In this document: positions 1 through 11,921 of the stretch, one piece after another | Layout: every line of letters starts with the position of its first letter | Position numbering within the stretch: position 1 is the stretch's first letter | IMG/VR virus record: IMGVR_UViG_2537561945_000003 | Strand: one strand, 5' to 3' | DNA length: 55,233 nt | Origin: a virus | Taxonomy: Duplodnaviria; Heunggongvirae; Uroviricota; Caudoviricetes | The notes under the pieces: model-generated | What the model saw: only the letters and a program-made list of their open reading frames with translations | The model's database searches: none | What the model was told of the DNA's origin: nothing | Program-made: the position numbers and the translations under genes

Positions 1-1284
1 TTACAGACTTCTGGAAGGTTGCGCAGCTCTTACAACACGCGGTTGATCTTCCGCAGCGTCTTCCAGCGCACTTAAATCACGGTCTTTCACCTCTGGCATT
101 TTCAGCGCAGAGATTAAACCAATCACTGAATATGCCATGATCATAATGGCGATCGGATACCAGGATTCCGTCATGGTGCAGAAAATACCCGCCAGGATAG
201 GACCAAAACCGGAAGCGATAAGACCACCAATTTCTTTAGAAATAGCCATCCGGGTAAAGCGGTTTTTACAGCCGAACATTTCTGCCATGGTAATGTTTTC
301 CAGAGCAAATAATCCCAGCACCGCACAGTTATGAATCACAATCAGTGCAACCATAATGGTGCTCGGGGCATAGCTTTTATCTACAATGATAGAAAGCATT
401 GGCCATGCCAGCACAATCGCGGAGGTATTCATAATAATATACGGGATCCGGCGACCAATTTTATCGGATAACCAACCAAGGAACGGAATGGTCATAAAGC
501 CGAGAATCGAACTGATCATCAATGCATCTGTTGGAATTGCTTTGTTAAACAATAACGTCTGCACTAAATAGCCTGCAAGGAAAGTCTGAATTAACCCGGA
601 GTTACCCGCCTGACCAAAACGCAGCCCTGTTGCCAGCCAGAAGGATTTGCTCTGGAACATGCTACCAGCAGGTGCAGGTTTTGCTGTCGGTTGGTTACTG
701 TCGTTAACCTTCTCAAAGACCGGGCTTTCTTTCAGATTCATACGCAACCAGATAGCAAAGACCATCACGACAACACTCGCCAGGAACGGTATACGCCATC
801 CCCACGCCAGCAGTTCCTCTTTACTGAGAATGAAGAACATAAAGGCCCAGATTGCCGTTGCGCTCAAGGTTCCGCAGTTAGTTCCCATAGCCACAAATGA
901 GGAGATAATTCCGCGCTTACCTTTTGGCGCATATTCCGCCAGCATCGTACCGGCACCGGAAATTTCCGCACCTGCACCCAACCCCTGAATAATACGCAAC
1001 GTCACCAGCAAGATGGGTGCAAAAACACCAATCTGTGCATAGGTCGGTAACACACCAATTAAGGTGGTACAGATCCCCATCATGGTGATGGTAATAAAGA
1101 GCACTTTTTTACGCCCTATTCTGTCGCCCATTTTGCCGAAAATAAATGCTCCGACAATACGCGCCACATAACCTGCACCGTAGGTTCCCATTGCCAGAAT
1201 TAACGCCATTGCCGTTGATGATTCAGGAAAAAATATTTCATGAAACACTAACGCTGCGCCGAGCGAATATAACTGGAAATCCAT
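1..1284 (-). CDS. ydfJ: MFS metabolite:H+ symporter YdfJ, 5-prime-truncated remnant (prophage integration target)
   Basis: 427-aa ORF with multi-TM MFS sequence and GRKK loop motif; first residues MDFQLY align to the WFDF..Y motif inside TM1 of related transporters, so about 30-40 N-terminal residues are missing. Confidence 0.8.
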   Translation of the reverse strand: MDFQLYSLGAALVFHEIFFPESSTAMALILAMGTYGAGYVARIVGAFIFGKMGDRIGRKKVLFITITMMGICTTLIGVLPTYAQIGVFAPILLVTLRIIQGLGAGAEISGAGTMLAEYAPKGKRGIISSFVAMGTNCGTLSATAIWAFMFFILSKEELLAWGWRIPFLASVVVMVFAIWLRMNLKESPVFEKVNDSNQPTAKPAPAGSMFQSKSFWLATGLRFGQAGNSGLIQTFLAGYLVQTLLFNKAIPTDALMISSILGFMTIPFLGWLSDKIGRRIPYIIMNTSAIVLAWPMLSIIVDKSYAPSTIMVALIVIHNCAVLGLFALENITMAEMFGCKNRFTRMAISKEIGGLIASGFGPILAGIFCTMTESWYPIAIMIMAYSVIGLISALKMPEVKDRDLSALEDAAEDQPRVVRAAQPSRSL

Positions 1285-2070
1285 AATTCACAGGTGTTTT
1301 TTCCCATCCTGTGGTTTCCTTGGCGTTTTCTAGGTTTTTTCAGATAGTTGCATTTTTTTAAAAAGCATCCTAAGTTCGATCTCAGTGTCTATCTGGGGCC
1401 TATTTCTGTCCCATATATGCCCCAAAAAAACTCCCCAACAGATAAGTAGTTTTTTCATGGATTTATGCGTAAAATCAAGAACGGCTGGAAATCATTCAAT
1501 ACTCACACTATCGAAAAATTTACCAGCCAATCGCAGCACGTTCTTGCATAAGGCGTGTCTGCGGTTTTTCAACTATTCAGATACATCACTCCCATCACAT
1601 TCATTCCTCCGCATCAAAGGCATATAGGCTATATCACCTTGATATTTTTCTTTTTCAGATAAAAACTGTTATCTATGTATACTTTTAAACCCAATCCGTG
1701 TAGAGTCTCTGCATAAGATAGTTTGCAGTTGCCGCTTCAGCTTGCGCCATAAACCGCCTGATTTTTGCTGCCACCTGTTAGCATTCCTGTATACCTGAAA
1801 CGACAATGTTTATCTACGAACTTTAAGAACACCCAAGATAAAAATTGTCAACTATATCATATATAACACATTACTAATTCGAGGCTATATGAACAGCATA
1901 CTGATAATCACATCTCTCCTTATCATATTCAGCATTTTTAGTCATGCCCTAATAAAATTAGGGATTGGCATATCCAATAACCCAGACAAAACCGATGTAT
2001 AAGTCAACATATCCTGAATCAGACATACAATATCGCAATGAAAATCAATAATATTTTAAGGAATATCTTC

Positions 2071-2304
2071 ATGAAATCAAAAGACACCCTAAAGTGGTTC
2101 CCTGCGCAGCTTCCTGAAGTAAGAATTATCCTAGGGGATGCTGTAGTGGAAGTAGCAAAACAGGGAAGACCTATCAATACCAGAACATTGCTTGATTACA
2201 TTGAAGGAAACATAAAGAAAAAATCATGGCTGGATAACAAAGAATTATTACAAACAGCGATATCAGTTCTTAAAGACAACCAAAATTTAAATGGTAAAAT
2301 GTAA
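2071..2304 (+). CDS. ydfK: Qin-type small cold-shock-associated protein YdfK
   Basis: ORF 2038..2304; internal ATG at 2071 preceded by AAGGAA; product MKSKDTLKWFPAQLPEVR... matches remembered YdfK/YnaE (77 aa). Confidence 0.8.
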   Translation: MKSKDTLKWFPAQLPEVRIILGDAVVEVAKQGRPINTRTLLDYIEGNIKKKSWLDNKELLQTAISVLKDNQNLNGKM

Positions 2305-2620
2305 TATAATAAACTTACTTTTTTATCATTTTTCCACTTTAACAACATTTTGCTCCACTTTTCCACGACCAAACAACTTGAAATCTGGTTAAAATAACAC
2401 GCAACACTATTCTTCTTCCTTGAGTCCGCCCGGAACTCGAAAAACAAACCGAGTTAAAGCCATTTTTCACAAAATCGATTTTGGGTCTCACCAAAATTAC
2501 GGGGTTGCATACGCATTCGTTTATTTTCGAACGTGTACATACAAATATGCACAAAAATAATCATAATTATTTTCTGAGATGCATTATGATATGAACACCA
2601 ATTTCGTATAGAGTCTCACT

Positions 2621-3211
2621 ATGTCTCAAATTTTTGCTTACTGTCGGATATCAACGCTGGATCAGACCACCGAAAATCAACGCCGGGAAATCGAAAGTGC
2701 AGGTTTTAAAATCAAACCTCAGCAAATAATCGAAGAACACATTAGCGGCTCAGCAGCAACCAGTGAGCGTCCTGGTTTTAACCGGTTGCTTGCTCGCCTG
2801 AAATGTGGTGATCAATTGATTGTGACAAAACTGGATCGCCTTGGTTGTAATGCAATGGATATCAGGAAAACAGTGGAACAACTGACCGAAACAGGTATCA
2901 GAGTGCATTGCTTAGCATTGGGGGGCATTGACCTGACCAGTCCAACAGGAAAAATGATGATGCAAGTAATTTCAGCAGTCGCTGAATTTGAACGAGACCT
3001 TTTACTTGAACGCACTCATTCCGGGATAGTAAGAGCCCGCGGCGCAGGGAAACGTTTTGGTCGACCACCTGTGTTAAATGAAGAACAGAAACAGGCGGTA
3101 TTCGAACGAATTAAGTCAGGTGTAAGTATAAGTGCCATTGCCCGGGAATTCAAAACCTCGCGGCAAACCATTTTAAGAGCCAAAGCAAAACTTCAGACAC
3201 CTGACATATAA
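2621..3211 (+). CDS. pin: serine DNA invertase (Pin/Gin/Hin family resolvase-invertase)
   Basis: 196-aa ORF; N-terminal catalytic motif [10 protein letters not shown]-terminal HTH; placed next to tfa/stf as in Qin/Rac. Confidence 0.9.
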   Translation: MSQIFAYCRISTLDQTTENQRREIESAGFKIKPQQIIEEHISGSAATSERPGFNRLLARLKCGDQLIVTKLDRLGCNAMDIRKTVEQLTETGIRVHCLALGGIDLTSPTGKMMMQVISAVAEFERDLLLERTHSGIVRARGAGKRFGRPPVLNEEQKQAVFERIKSGVSISAIAREFKTSRQTILRAKAKLQTPDI

Positions 3212-3308
3212 AAAATAATCTCGGTGTGAGATGCTTTACGTCTTCCAAGCCCCCTTCCTTGCCGTAAATGGAAAGATACATCTAATTATAGAATTTATAT
3301 GTTTTACC

Positions 3309-3884
3309 CTACGGCAGTGCTGGCCATTCAATATCCTGTGCAGTTGACGTATCAACACGGTTCAGCAATACCCGATACTTTTTCCATGCTTCCAGCAACG
3401 AGATTTCTTCCTCCGTTGCAATTTCCAGATCTGCAGCATCCTGAAGCGGCGCAATATGCTCACTGGCTACCTGCATCAGGTTGTTTTTTGTTTCTTCCGC
3501 CTCCCGGATCCGGAACAGTTTTTCTGCTTCCGTATCCTTCACCCAGGCTGTGCCGTTCCACTTCTGAAACTCCCCTTCCGGCGATAACCAGGTAACATTT
3601 TCCGGTAACGGACCGAGTTCAGAAATAAATAACGCGTCGCCGGAAGCCACGTCATAAACCGTTTTACCCCGATGATCTTCAACGAGATGCCACGATGACT
3701 CATCACTGTTGAAAACAGCCACGAAGCCAGCCGGAATATCTGGCGGTGCAATATCGGTACTGTTTGCTGGCAGACCTGTATGAGGCGGAATATATGCATC
3801 ACCTTCACCAATAAATTCATTAGTTCCGGCCAGCAGATTATAAATTTTTATGGTCCGTGGTTGTTCACTCATTCTGAATGCCAT
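3309..3884 (-). CDS. tfa: tail fiber assembly protein Tfa
   Basis: 191-aa ORF directly downstream of stf with ATGA start/stop overlap; lambda Tfa-like sequence. Confidence 0.85.
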
Positions 3885-6800
3885 TATGCAAGCCTCACAA
3901 TATAGTTAAATGCGATGTTTTTGACGGTGTTTTCCGCGTTACCAGCAGCGTTAACGGTGATGGTGTGTCCATGTGAACCAATCGCAACGGAGTGCGTATG
4001 AGCACCAATACCGACAGTATGTGCATGTGCGCCTGCGCTTGCAGCAGTGCCGGACAGCGAGTGGGTATGAGCACCATCTGATGATGTCTTCCCTGCATTA
4101 CGAGTCTGGCCACTACCGCTTGTTGTGCTCATAATCCCCGCGCTTAGATTTGAAATCGCGGTATAACCATTAGGGAAAATGCTCGTGTTCGTGCCACCAA
4201 ATGCACCGGAACTCTTGTGTTGGTGCGCACCGGCACTATTTGCGGTCCCGCTAATACTATGGGTATGCGCCCCGGTGTTATTCGTGGATTTGGTTCCGTA
4301 ATCAAACGACGATGTGGTTTTCGTCCCCAAATCCGTACTGGATGCGCTGGCGCTGTGGGTGTGCGATTTAATGCCGTCCTGTTCCTGAGATAATACGGCC
4401 CGACCACTGGCGGGCTTGCCCTTAATCGTCCAGCCACGCATATCAGGGATCACGCCTGACGGATAAGCAACTGCAAGTTTCGGGTATGCAGATTTGTCAA
4501 AAGTCTGCCCCTGCATCAGGGCATAACCAGACGGAACGGTATCTGATGGCCACGGGATTGGTGCACCGACTGGATAAAACTCTGCAGGAGGATGAGCCGA
4601 GGTGTAAAGCTGCGCCCACGGCGACCAGTTTGCGTCGGTCGTATCCCGTCGTGAACGAATAAATGCCGGAGCATGAGCACCGCTTGTACCACTCCAGCCG
4701 ATGAGTAACTCACCTTCGCCAACGGCTGTCATCCCTTTCAGGTGAATGATATTTCCATACGCTGTTGGATATCCGTTGTTATACACCTCGTATAACTCAA
4801 GACCTGCTGCCCCCTGCGTATTGTCTGTCAGCGCGGTTACCCGACCTTTTGAAGCCAGATTAACTGATGATACTGCTGTTCCACCTGACGGTAACGCCCC
4901 GATCTCTGATGCCGTTGGCTTATTTCTGGAGTTATAGTCCCTTCGCCAGCCAGGTGAATAATCTGTTCCGTGATTAATATAGGTAAACTGGGCGTTAGTT
5001 GTTCCACCACCAGTGGAGGTGGTCGGTGTGGTAATGCGGATCGTCATCGCTGACTTTATCCCCATTACTTCAATGACAGCTCCGGCGAGATGAATATTAC
5101 CGCAGTCAGTATCAGTAATGATTTTATTATTGCCATAAGACCAGGAACCCTTGCACATCCAGTATGGATGGTTAAATGCTCCCTGAGAATCCAGCCACTC
5201 GATAAACTGTGCAGTCGTCCAGTTTCCTGTTGTTGTGCTTACTGACCCACCGAAGGCACGGCAGGCACCAATATTTTTCGTAAAGGTATCTTTGCCAGGG
5301 ATATCCGCACCGTTCTGATCTTTCTGCAGACGTTTCTCAGCATTGTCATTGGCTGCTTTTACTGCCTTTGGTGTCGCGGCAAGCGTTTCAGACGTGCTGT
5401 TGGTCGCGCTGCTTAGCTGGATTATCCCTTTCTGTGCTGTCGTTGCATCCTGTGCGGTGTATTTCCCGTTAGCCAGGTCATACGCGGCCTTAACGGCTTT
5501 TGGTGTTGCCGCCAGTGACTCGGAAGTGCTGTTAGTCGCACTACTGAGCTGTACTATCCCCTTTTTCGTCGTGCTCGCATCCTCAAGCGCCACGGCGGAT
5601 GCAATATCCTCTGCCCGTTTTGCTGCTGTCTCGGCGCGCGTTGCTGCGGATTCTGCCGTACTTTTGCTCTGAGCTGCCGCCGTCGCACTGCCAGCAGCCT
5701 CTGTCGCCTTCGTGGATGCCGTCGTGGCGCTGCTCTTCGCTGCTGACGCTTGTCTGGTCGCCTCATCTTTTGAAGCAGACGCCGATGATGCCGATGACGC
5801 CGCCGAACTGGCTGACGATGCGGCAGCCGTTTTTGAGGATTCTGCGCTGGTTTCCGACGCTTTCGCGTTCGTTTCGGATGTCTTCGCTGCGGAAGCAGAC
5901 CTCGCTGCTGCGCTGGCCTGTTCAGTGGCTTCGCCAGCCTTCGTTGTGGCTGTTGAAGCAGACGATGCGGCGCTTTCTGCCGATTTTCCGGCGGCGGTGG
6001 CACTGGCTGAGGCCTGCCCGGCACTTGTTGACGCTGCACTGGCAGACGACGCAGCCGCTGTTTTTGAGCCTGCCGCAGCCGAGGCGCTCTGTCCCGCTGC
6101 CGTTTCAGAAGACCTGGCGTTCGTCTCTGACGTTTTTGCCGCCTTCGCGGAATTTCCTGCCGCTGTTGCCGAGGAAGCTGCGCTACTGGCGCTCGAGGAT
6201 GCGTTCGTTTCTGATGATTTTGCCGCCTCTTTTGAAGCCGACGCATCCCGGGCTGAGGTGGCAGCTTCTGACGCTTTCGTGGTCGCGGTGGATGCAGAAG
6301 TGGCTGCTGATTGTTGTGACGCTGCAGCATTCGTTTCTGACGTTTTCGCGGCACTGGCACTGGTAGCTGCCGCGCTTTTTGAGGACTCTGCAGCGGCAGC
6401 ACTTTTTGATGCTTCAGTGGCCTTTGTTGATGCCGTTCCTGCGCTGGAAGACGCTGACTGAGCCGACGAAGCGGCCTGTCCGGCTGACGTGCTGGCTGCG
6501 CGTGCTGAGCCTGCAGCATCAGTCGCATGGGTTGCCGCCTCACGGGCAGATGTGCCGGCATCGCCGGCTGACTTCTTCGCGGCTGCCGTGTTCTGTGCCA
6601 CCGCGGACGCGTTACGCGCCACCTCTTCCACCATCAGTTCAAAACGGCGCAGAGCCTCCGGACGGGCATCATCCTCCGTCATGGCACCGAGAAAATCATT
6701 CAGCGTACCGGGTCGGGAATCTTCATACACGGTGATGGTCCCGGCATGTGACGGCGGGAATCCTTCCACCAACAGAATAACGCTGTACTGACCGTACTCA

Positions 6801-6964
6801 ACGTCCATGCTGTAACGCCCGGCTTCATCCGGATTTTCTGAGGCCAGCGTGTTCACCACCACCGCGGTGCTGTTACGTTTTGCTTTCAGCTGGATTGTGC
6901 AGTTCTGTACCGGTTTTCCTGTGCCGTCTTTCAGTACACCTGAAATCTTTACTGCCATATTCAC
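3884..6964 (-). CDS. stf: side tail fiber protein Stf with expanded Ala/Ser/Thr-rich repeat region and C-terminal His-box repeats
   Basis: 1026-aa ORF; N-terminus [26 protein letters not shown] as in lambda Stf (true start probably third codon); long low-complexity central region; C-terminal GAHTHS/GAHAH motifs. Confidence 0.9.
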
Positions 6965-6968
6965 CCCA

Positions 6969-6997
6969 CAAAAAAGCCCGCCTGAACAGGCGGGCTG
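6969..6997 (-). terminator. intrinsic terminator downstream of lom
   Basis: GC hairpin AGCCCGCCTGAACAGGCGGGCT followed on the minus strand by a T-run. Confidence 0.6.
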
Positions 6998-7022
6998 TCA
7001 TAACACTGTGTTACCTGGCTAA

Positions 7023-7622
7023 TCAGAACTTATAACCGACACCCACGATGAAACCGTCAGTGCGCCAGTCGCCACTGCCGGAGCCTTCATAAGCAATATC
7101 AATGGCCACGGATTCGGTCGGGTTAAACTGCACGCCAGCTCCCCACGCCAGAGACGTGTTGCTGTGGCGACCGTCATCACTTCCGGTCAGCACGTCGTGC
7201 GTTTTCCCCTTGTTGTCAGTTACGCGGAGATAATCCCCGGAGAAAGTCGACACACGGCTGTAAGCCATACCCGCCATCGCATACGCGCTGAACCATTCAT
7301 TCACGCGCACAGACGGCCCCACCATCACGCTGAACCAGCGGTTACGCACGGAATCTTCATGCCAGCGGGTATCGCTGTAACGGGTAAGCTGGCGATTCTT
7401 GTCTCCTGCATAGCTGAATGACGTCACCAGCCCCAGTGTGTCCGTAAACTCATAACGGTATTTCACGTTAATCCCGTTAAGATCATCGCTGCCGGGAACG
7501 TTCGTCGAGGCATGAAGATACCCCGCGCTCAGCGTGGACTGATGTTCAGATGCCCATGCAGGCGCACCGGATACGGCCAGACAAATGGCTGCGGACAAAA
7601 TGGCGGCATAAAGTTTACGCAT
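7023..7622 (-). CDS. lom: outer membrane protein Lom (Ail/Lom family beta-barrel)
   Basis: 199-aa ORF, signal peptide, C-terminal GYKF; position between J and stf as in lambda. Confidence 0.9.
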
Positions 7623-7646
7623 AATTACCTCTCGCTTTTCTGCAAT

Positions 7647-7670
7647 AAAAAAGGCACCATTTCTGGTGCC
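7647..7670 (-). terminator. intrinsic terminator between J and lom
   Basis: hairpin GGCACCATTTCTGGTGCC followed on the minus strand by TTTTTT. Confidence 0.55.
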
Positions 7671-7691
7671 CTTATATGGGTTATAACAATT

Positions 7692-10600
7692 TCAACGAAT
7701 ACTGATGCCGGAAGCGGCTTTTTTGGTCACAATCACCGTACAGTCGGTGATATTGCCTGCCCCCTGATTGCCTTTCTGGAAAATCTTAAACTCCAGAGTG
7801 ACGCTACCACCACCACTAGGCATATCAATAACTGCACTGTAACTACCGGGAATGGCCCCTTTAGTTTCTCTGGATGCGATTAATACGCCGTTTTTGCGAA
7901 CTTCAAAACCATAACCCGTGTATCGCGTGCCTCCTGGGTTATTTCCGCTCCCCGGATCGTCATACGCTATACCGTTAAAAATAATGGGCGGAATAATAAT
8001 CTGGCGGTCAAAGTTATGATCATCGCTGATGGTGACTGTAACCGTACCGTTTGGTGTTTCCGTGTTACCCCACGTACCGACTTTTTTCGGGAAGGCTTTT
8101 GATACAGCTTTAACGAAATCCCCTCTGACCTGGGTCGCCTCCAGCATGCCCTTAATCGTACAGTTCTGGTTAATCGTGACATTGTTGAGCGTTCCTGAGT
8201 TCGCATTCACACTACCACTGATATCCGCATTTTTAGCGGTCAGCTTTCCGTCTGATGTCAGGGAAAATACCGGAGGACTGCCACCGCTGGTAATGGTGGG
8301 GGCCGTCAGGCGTTTCAGGAACACTTCATTCATGAATATCTGATCGCCCTGACCAACAAACATCGGCTTTGTGTTGCCATTCGCAGGATTAATCATCGCA
8401 ATCCTGTCTGCTGCCAGCAGCACCTGACTCTGCATGCCGTCAGGGGTGTTCTCAATACCGGCACCGATACCCGCAATATAAAGGCGTCCGTCCTGCATCT
8501 GCTGCAGCTTCACTGCCCACATGCTGTTCAGGTTATTATTTGTATCAACCTGAACCTTCTGTATCTGCTGGATTGCCGCACTCTGGTCTTCCAGTTTCTT
8601 ATTGACGGTCTGTGTTATTTCATTGCTGACATCCGTTATGGACGTCCTGATTTCAGTCAGGTCAGGCGCAAGCTGACCGTTATCAATCTGCGTCCACAGC
8701 TCCTGAGCCAGATGGGTTTTCCCTATCTCGCCTTTGAAAAAATCCAGATAGCCTGATGCATCATCACTCGGCTGACCGACAGCCTCCACGAATGCCGATT
8801 TGCCAACGGTGTTCACACTGCGAACGTAAAAATAATAATCATGGCCCGGTTTGATATTGATACTGGCGGCTATCCAGTACAGTGCCGTACCAAGATAACG
8901 CGCGCTGGTTTCAACCTGCCTGATATCCGCAATCCGTTTTTCCGAGAACCAGAACTCAAACTGTACCGTCGGGTCATAAACCGCAAGATGCGGCGTGGCG
9001 GTTATCTGAAAATAGCCCGGCGTCAGCTCAATCCGCGACGGCGCTGCCGGTGCGGCAATCCGGAACGATACCGACGCCGGATCGCCCTGCTGCCCCCACG
9101 CATTTACTGCCCGGACTGTCAGCCTGTAGTTCCCCAGAGCCAGTTGTGTGAAGCGGTAAGTGGTTTCCGTCGTCCGGGCCGTGCTGACCAGCCGCTCACG
9201 GCCGTCATCCGCTGCCACGGTCAGGCGAAGCAGGAAGCTCACGCCCTTCACCACCTTCGGCGTGTCCCAGCGCGCCAGCACCTGGTATTCCCCGCTGTCT
9301 GCGGTGACTTCTGCGGTCAGGTGCTGCACCGCTGGCGGCGTGACACCATTTACCGTGCCGCTCTGGTCGCCGTCAAAGTGCGCCCCGTTATCCACGATGG
9401 CCTCTTTTTCCGGTACATGCTGCACGGCGGTGATGGCATACGTGCCGTCGTCGTTCTCACGGATACTCACGCAGCGGAACAGGCGCTGGCGCAACGTCGA
9501 CAGCTTCAGCCCCCATACGCTGTATTCAGCAACGCCGTCAGGAACACGGCTCACTTTCACCTTCACGCCGTCGGTGACGGACTGAACCTCCACGCTGACC
9601 GGACTCCCCTGCCCGTCAACCAGGCTTATCAGCGTGGTGCCGGAAGATGGCAGCGTGATTTCACGGTCGAGCGTCAGCGTCCGGGTCTGGCTGTTTACCG
9701 CCAGCACGCGCCCGCCGGTGCGGATACCGGCATAGTCATCATCGCAGATTTCAATGACATCGCCCGGTACATGGCGAAGCCCTTCGGCACCCACGCTGAA
9801 GTCCACGGTCTGCGTTTCCAGCAGTTCTGTTTTAATCAGCCACAGCCCGGCGCGGTGTGCCTGCCCCCGGCTGGTACAGCCAAAAGCATCCATCTTCGTG
9901 ACGTTACGACCGTAACGGGCAATGGCCTGCGTGTCCTCCACAAGCTCTGTCGCCGTCTCCCAGCCGTTATTCGGGTCAATCCAGTTCACCTCAACGGCAT
10001 TATGGCGGTCCTTCAGGGCGCTGAAGCTGTAGCGGAACGGCGCACCATCATCCGGCATCACCACATTACTGCGGTTATAGGTCCACACCTTATCCGACGG
10101 TCGGTCCTGCACGAACGTCAGCGTCTGCCCGTTCCATACCGGCATACAGCGCATCGCAGAGCAGAAATCACTGAGCACATCCCACGCCTTGCGCTGTGTG
10201 GTCAGGTACGCATTACAGGTGATGCGCGGCTCTGTGCCGCCAAAACCGTCCGGCACCGACTGATCGCAATGCTGGCCGATGACATACAGCGCCCATTTGT
10301 CCACATCCGCCGCACCAAGACGTTTCCCCATGCCGTAGCGCGGATGGGTCAGCATATCCCACAGACACCAGGCCATGTTGTTGCTGTATGCTGGCTTAAA
10401 CGTTCCGTCCCAGATACCGCTGTATTGCCGCGTCTGCGGGTTATAGTTCGACGGCACCTGCAGAATGCGCCCGCGCAGATGATAATTACGGCTCACCTGC
10501 TGGCTGCCGAACTGCTCCGAATCCACCTGCACGCCGACCAGTGCCGTGTTCGGGTAGCACTGTTTCACATCGATGATTTCGGTGTATGACGACCAGAGCG

Positions 10601-11189
10601 TTTTGTTCTGCAGCTGGTCTGTGGTGCTGTCCGGCGTCATCCTGCGCATCCGTATATTGAACGGGCGCGGCGGCAGGTTACCCACCACCACCGAGGCCAG
10701 ATACTGCGAGGTGGTTTTGCCCTTAATGGTGATGTCTTTTTCCGTCACCCAGCCACCATTACGCTGGATCTGAACCAGCAGGCGGACTTCCGACGGATTC
10801 CGGTCCCCCTTTGAGGTGGTTTCCACCAGTGCCTGCACGCCGAAGGTAAAGCGCAGACGGTCGATGTTTGCAGACGTAATGGTGCGGGTGATCGGCGTGT
10901 CATATTTCACTTCCGTACCCAGCACCGTCTCGGAGCCGGAGGATTCAAACCCCTCCGGCGGTGTCTGCTCCTGCTCACCGGCACGGAACACCACCGTGAC
11001 ACCGGAGATGTTGGTATTCCCCTCAGTGTCCAGCACCGGCGTACTGTTCAGCAGCACGCTTTTTAATCCATCCACCGGACCTTCAACCGGCCCTTCGCTG
11101 ATGGCATCGATCACACTCAGCAGCTGCGTGGACTTCAGGTTGTCCTTCGCTTCGCGCGGGGTATGCCCCTTACTGCTGCCTTTACCCAT
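7692..11189 (-). CDS. J: tail tip host-specificity protein J
   Basis: 1165-aa ORF; N-terminal about 1000 aa closely resemble remembered lambda J; fibronectin-like repeats. Confidence 0.95.
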   Translation of the reverse strand: MGKGSSKGHTPREAKDNLKSTQLLSVIDAISEGPVEGPVDGLKSVLLNSTPVLDTEGNTNISGVTVVFRAGEQEQTPPEGFESSGSETVLGTEVKYDTPITRTITSANIDRLRFTFGVQALVETTSKGDRNPSEVRLLVQIQRNGGWVTEKDITIKGKTTSQYLASVVVGNLPPRPFNIRMRRMTPDSTTDQLQNKTLWSSYTEIIDVKQCYPNTALVGVQVDSEQFGSQQVSRNYHLRGRILQVPSNYNPQTRQYSGIWDGTFKPAYSNNMAWCLWDMLTHPRYGMGKRLGAADVDKWALYVIGQHCDQSVPDGFGGTEPRITCNAYLTTQRKAWDVLSDFCSAMRCMPVWNGQTLTFVQDRPSDKVWTYNRSNVVMPDDGAPFRYSFSALKDRHNAVEVNWIDPNNGWETATELVEDTQAIARYGRNVTKMDAFGCTSRGQAHRAGLWLIKTELLETQTVDFSVGAEGLRHVPGDVIEICDDDYAGIRTGGRVLAVNSQTRTLTLDREITLPSSGTTLISLVDGQGSPVSVEVQSVTDGVKVKVSRVPDGVAEYSVWGLKLSTLRQRLFRCVSIRENDDGTYAITAVQHVPEKEAIVDNGAHFDGDQSGTVNGVTPPAVQHLTAEVTADSGEYQVLARWDTPKVVKGVSFLLRLTVAADDGRERLVSTARTTETTYRFTQLALGNYRLTVRAVNAWGQQGDPASVSFRIAAPAAPSRIELTPGYFQITATPHLAVYDPTVQFEFWFSEKRIADIRQVETSARYLGTALYWIAASINIKPGHDYYFYVRSVNTVGKSAFVEAVGQPSDDASGYLDFFKGEIGKTHLAQELWTQIDNGQLAPDLTEIRTSITDVSNEITQTVNKKLEDQSAAIQQIQKVQVDTNNNLNSMWAVKLQQMQDGRLYIAGIGAGIENTPDGMQSQVLLAADRIAMINPANGNTKPMFVGQGDQIFMNEVFLKRLTAPTITSGGSPPVFSLTSDGKLTAKNADISGSVNANSGTLNNVTINQNCTIKGMLEATQVRGDFVKAVSKAFPKKVGTWGNTETPNGTVTVTISDDHNFDRQIIIPPIIFNGIAYDDPGSGNNPGGTRYTGYGFEVRKNGVLIASRETKGAIPGSYSAVIDMPSGGGSVTLEFKIFQKGNQGAGNITDCTVIVTKKAASGISIR

Positions 11190-11249
11190 TCCTCACGCTC
11201 CATAAATGACAAAACCGCCCGCAGGCGGTTTCACATAAAACATTTTGCA

Positions 11250-11921
11250 TCAGCGACCAATCACCACAACCTGACCACCGTCCCCTTCGTCTGCCGTGCT
11301 GATCTCCTGAGAAACCACGCGAGACCCCACGCGCATTTCCCCGTACAGAACAGGCAGAACATTGCCCTGGGCAACCATGTTATCCAGTGAGGAGAAATAG
11401 GTGTTCTGCTTACCGTTATCCGTTGTCTGTGTACGGGGAGTTCTGGCTTTCGGTGCCAGCATCTGCGCCACACCACCGAGCACCATACTGGCACCGAGAG
11501 AAAACAGGATGCCGGTCATACCACCGGTCCCAATGGCTGCCCCCCATGCTGCAAGGGTGGCTCCGGCGGTAAAGAATGATCCGGCAATGGCGGCAGCCCC
11601 CAGGACAATCTGGAATACGCCACCTGACTTGGCCCCGGCGACTCTGGGAACAATATGAATCACAGCGCCATCAGGCAGAGTCTCATGTAACTGCGCCGTT
11701 AACCCGGACGTGCTGACGTCCCGCCCGGCAATCCGTACCTGATACCAGCCGTCGCTCAGTTTCTGACGAAACGCCGGGAGCTGTGTGGCCAGTGCCCGGA
11801 TGGCTTCAGCCCCCGTTTTCACACGAAGGTCGATGCGGCGACCAAATCGTTGTAAATCCCCGTAAAGGCAGATGCGCGCCATGCCCGGTGACGCCAGAGG
11901 GAGTGTGTGCGTCGCTGCCAT
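11250..11921 (-). CDS. I: tail tip assembly protein I
   Basis: 223 aa, same length as lambda I; overlaps K by 103 nt as in lambda. Confidence 0.9.
   Translation of the reverse strand: MAATHTLPLASPGMARICLYGDLQRFGRRIDLRVKTGAEAIRALATQLPAFRQKLSDGWYQVRIAGRDVSTSGLTAQLHETLPDGAVIHIVPRVAGAKSGGVFQIVLGAAAIAGSFFTAGATLAAWGAAIGTGGMTGILFSLGASMVLGGVAQMLAPKARTPRTQTTDNGKQNTYFSSLDNMVAQGNVLPVLYGEMRVGSRVVSQEISTADEGDGGQVVVIGR

Noticed and set aside
1-1284. Treating the 427-aa MFS ORF as a complete gene
   Set aside because: The apparent start Met falls inside the first transmembrane helix by comparison with related transporters, so it is annotated as a truncated remnant.
1385-1627. 80-aa ORF in the ydfJ-ydfK gap
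   Set aside because: No RBS, odd composition, and it sits in the expected att/junction region; treated as non-coding.
3211-4620. Possible gix/hix-like crossover sites near the pin stop (about 3220-3245) and inside stf (about 4590-4615) sharing CTCGG / GTAAAGC elements
   Set aside because: Similarity is short, not in the required inverted arrangement, and matches the Gin/Hin consensus poorly; not reported as a feature.
5343-6791. Several long ORFs on both strands (e.g. 5554..6561 minus, Arg/Gln/Pro-rich 335 aa; 5599..6366 and 5712..6461 plus)
   Set aside because: They overlap the stf coding region in alternative frames and have extreme low-complexity composition; they are by-products of the GC-rich codon repeats.
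8841-10589. 582-aa ORF on the plus strand
   Set aside because: Lies antisense within the J gene; Arg/His-rich composition typical of an antisense frame of a GC-rich gene, with no RBS or homology signal.
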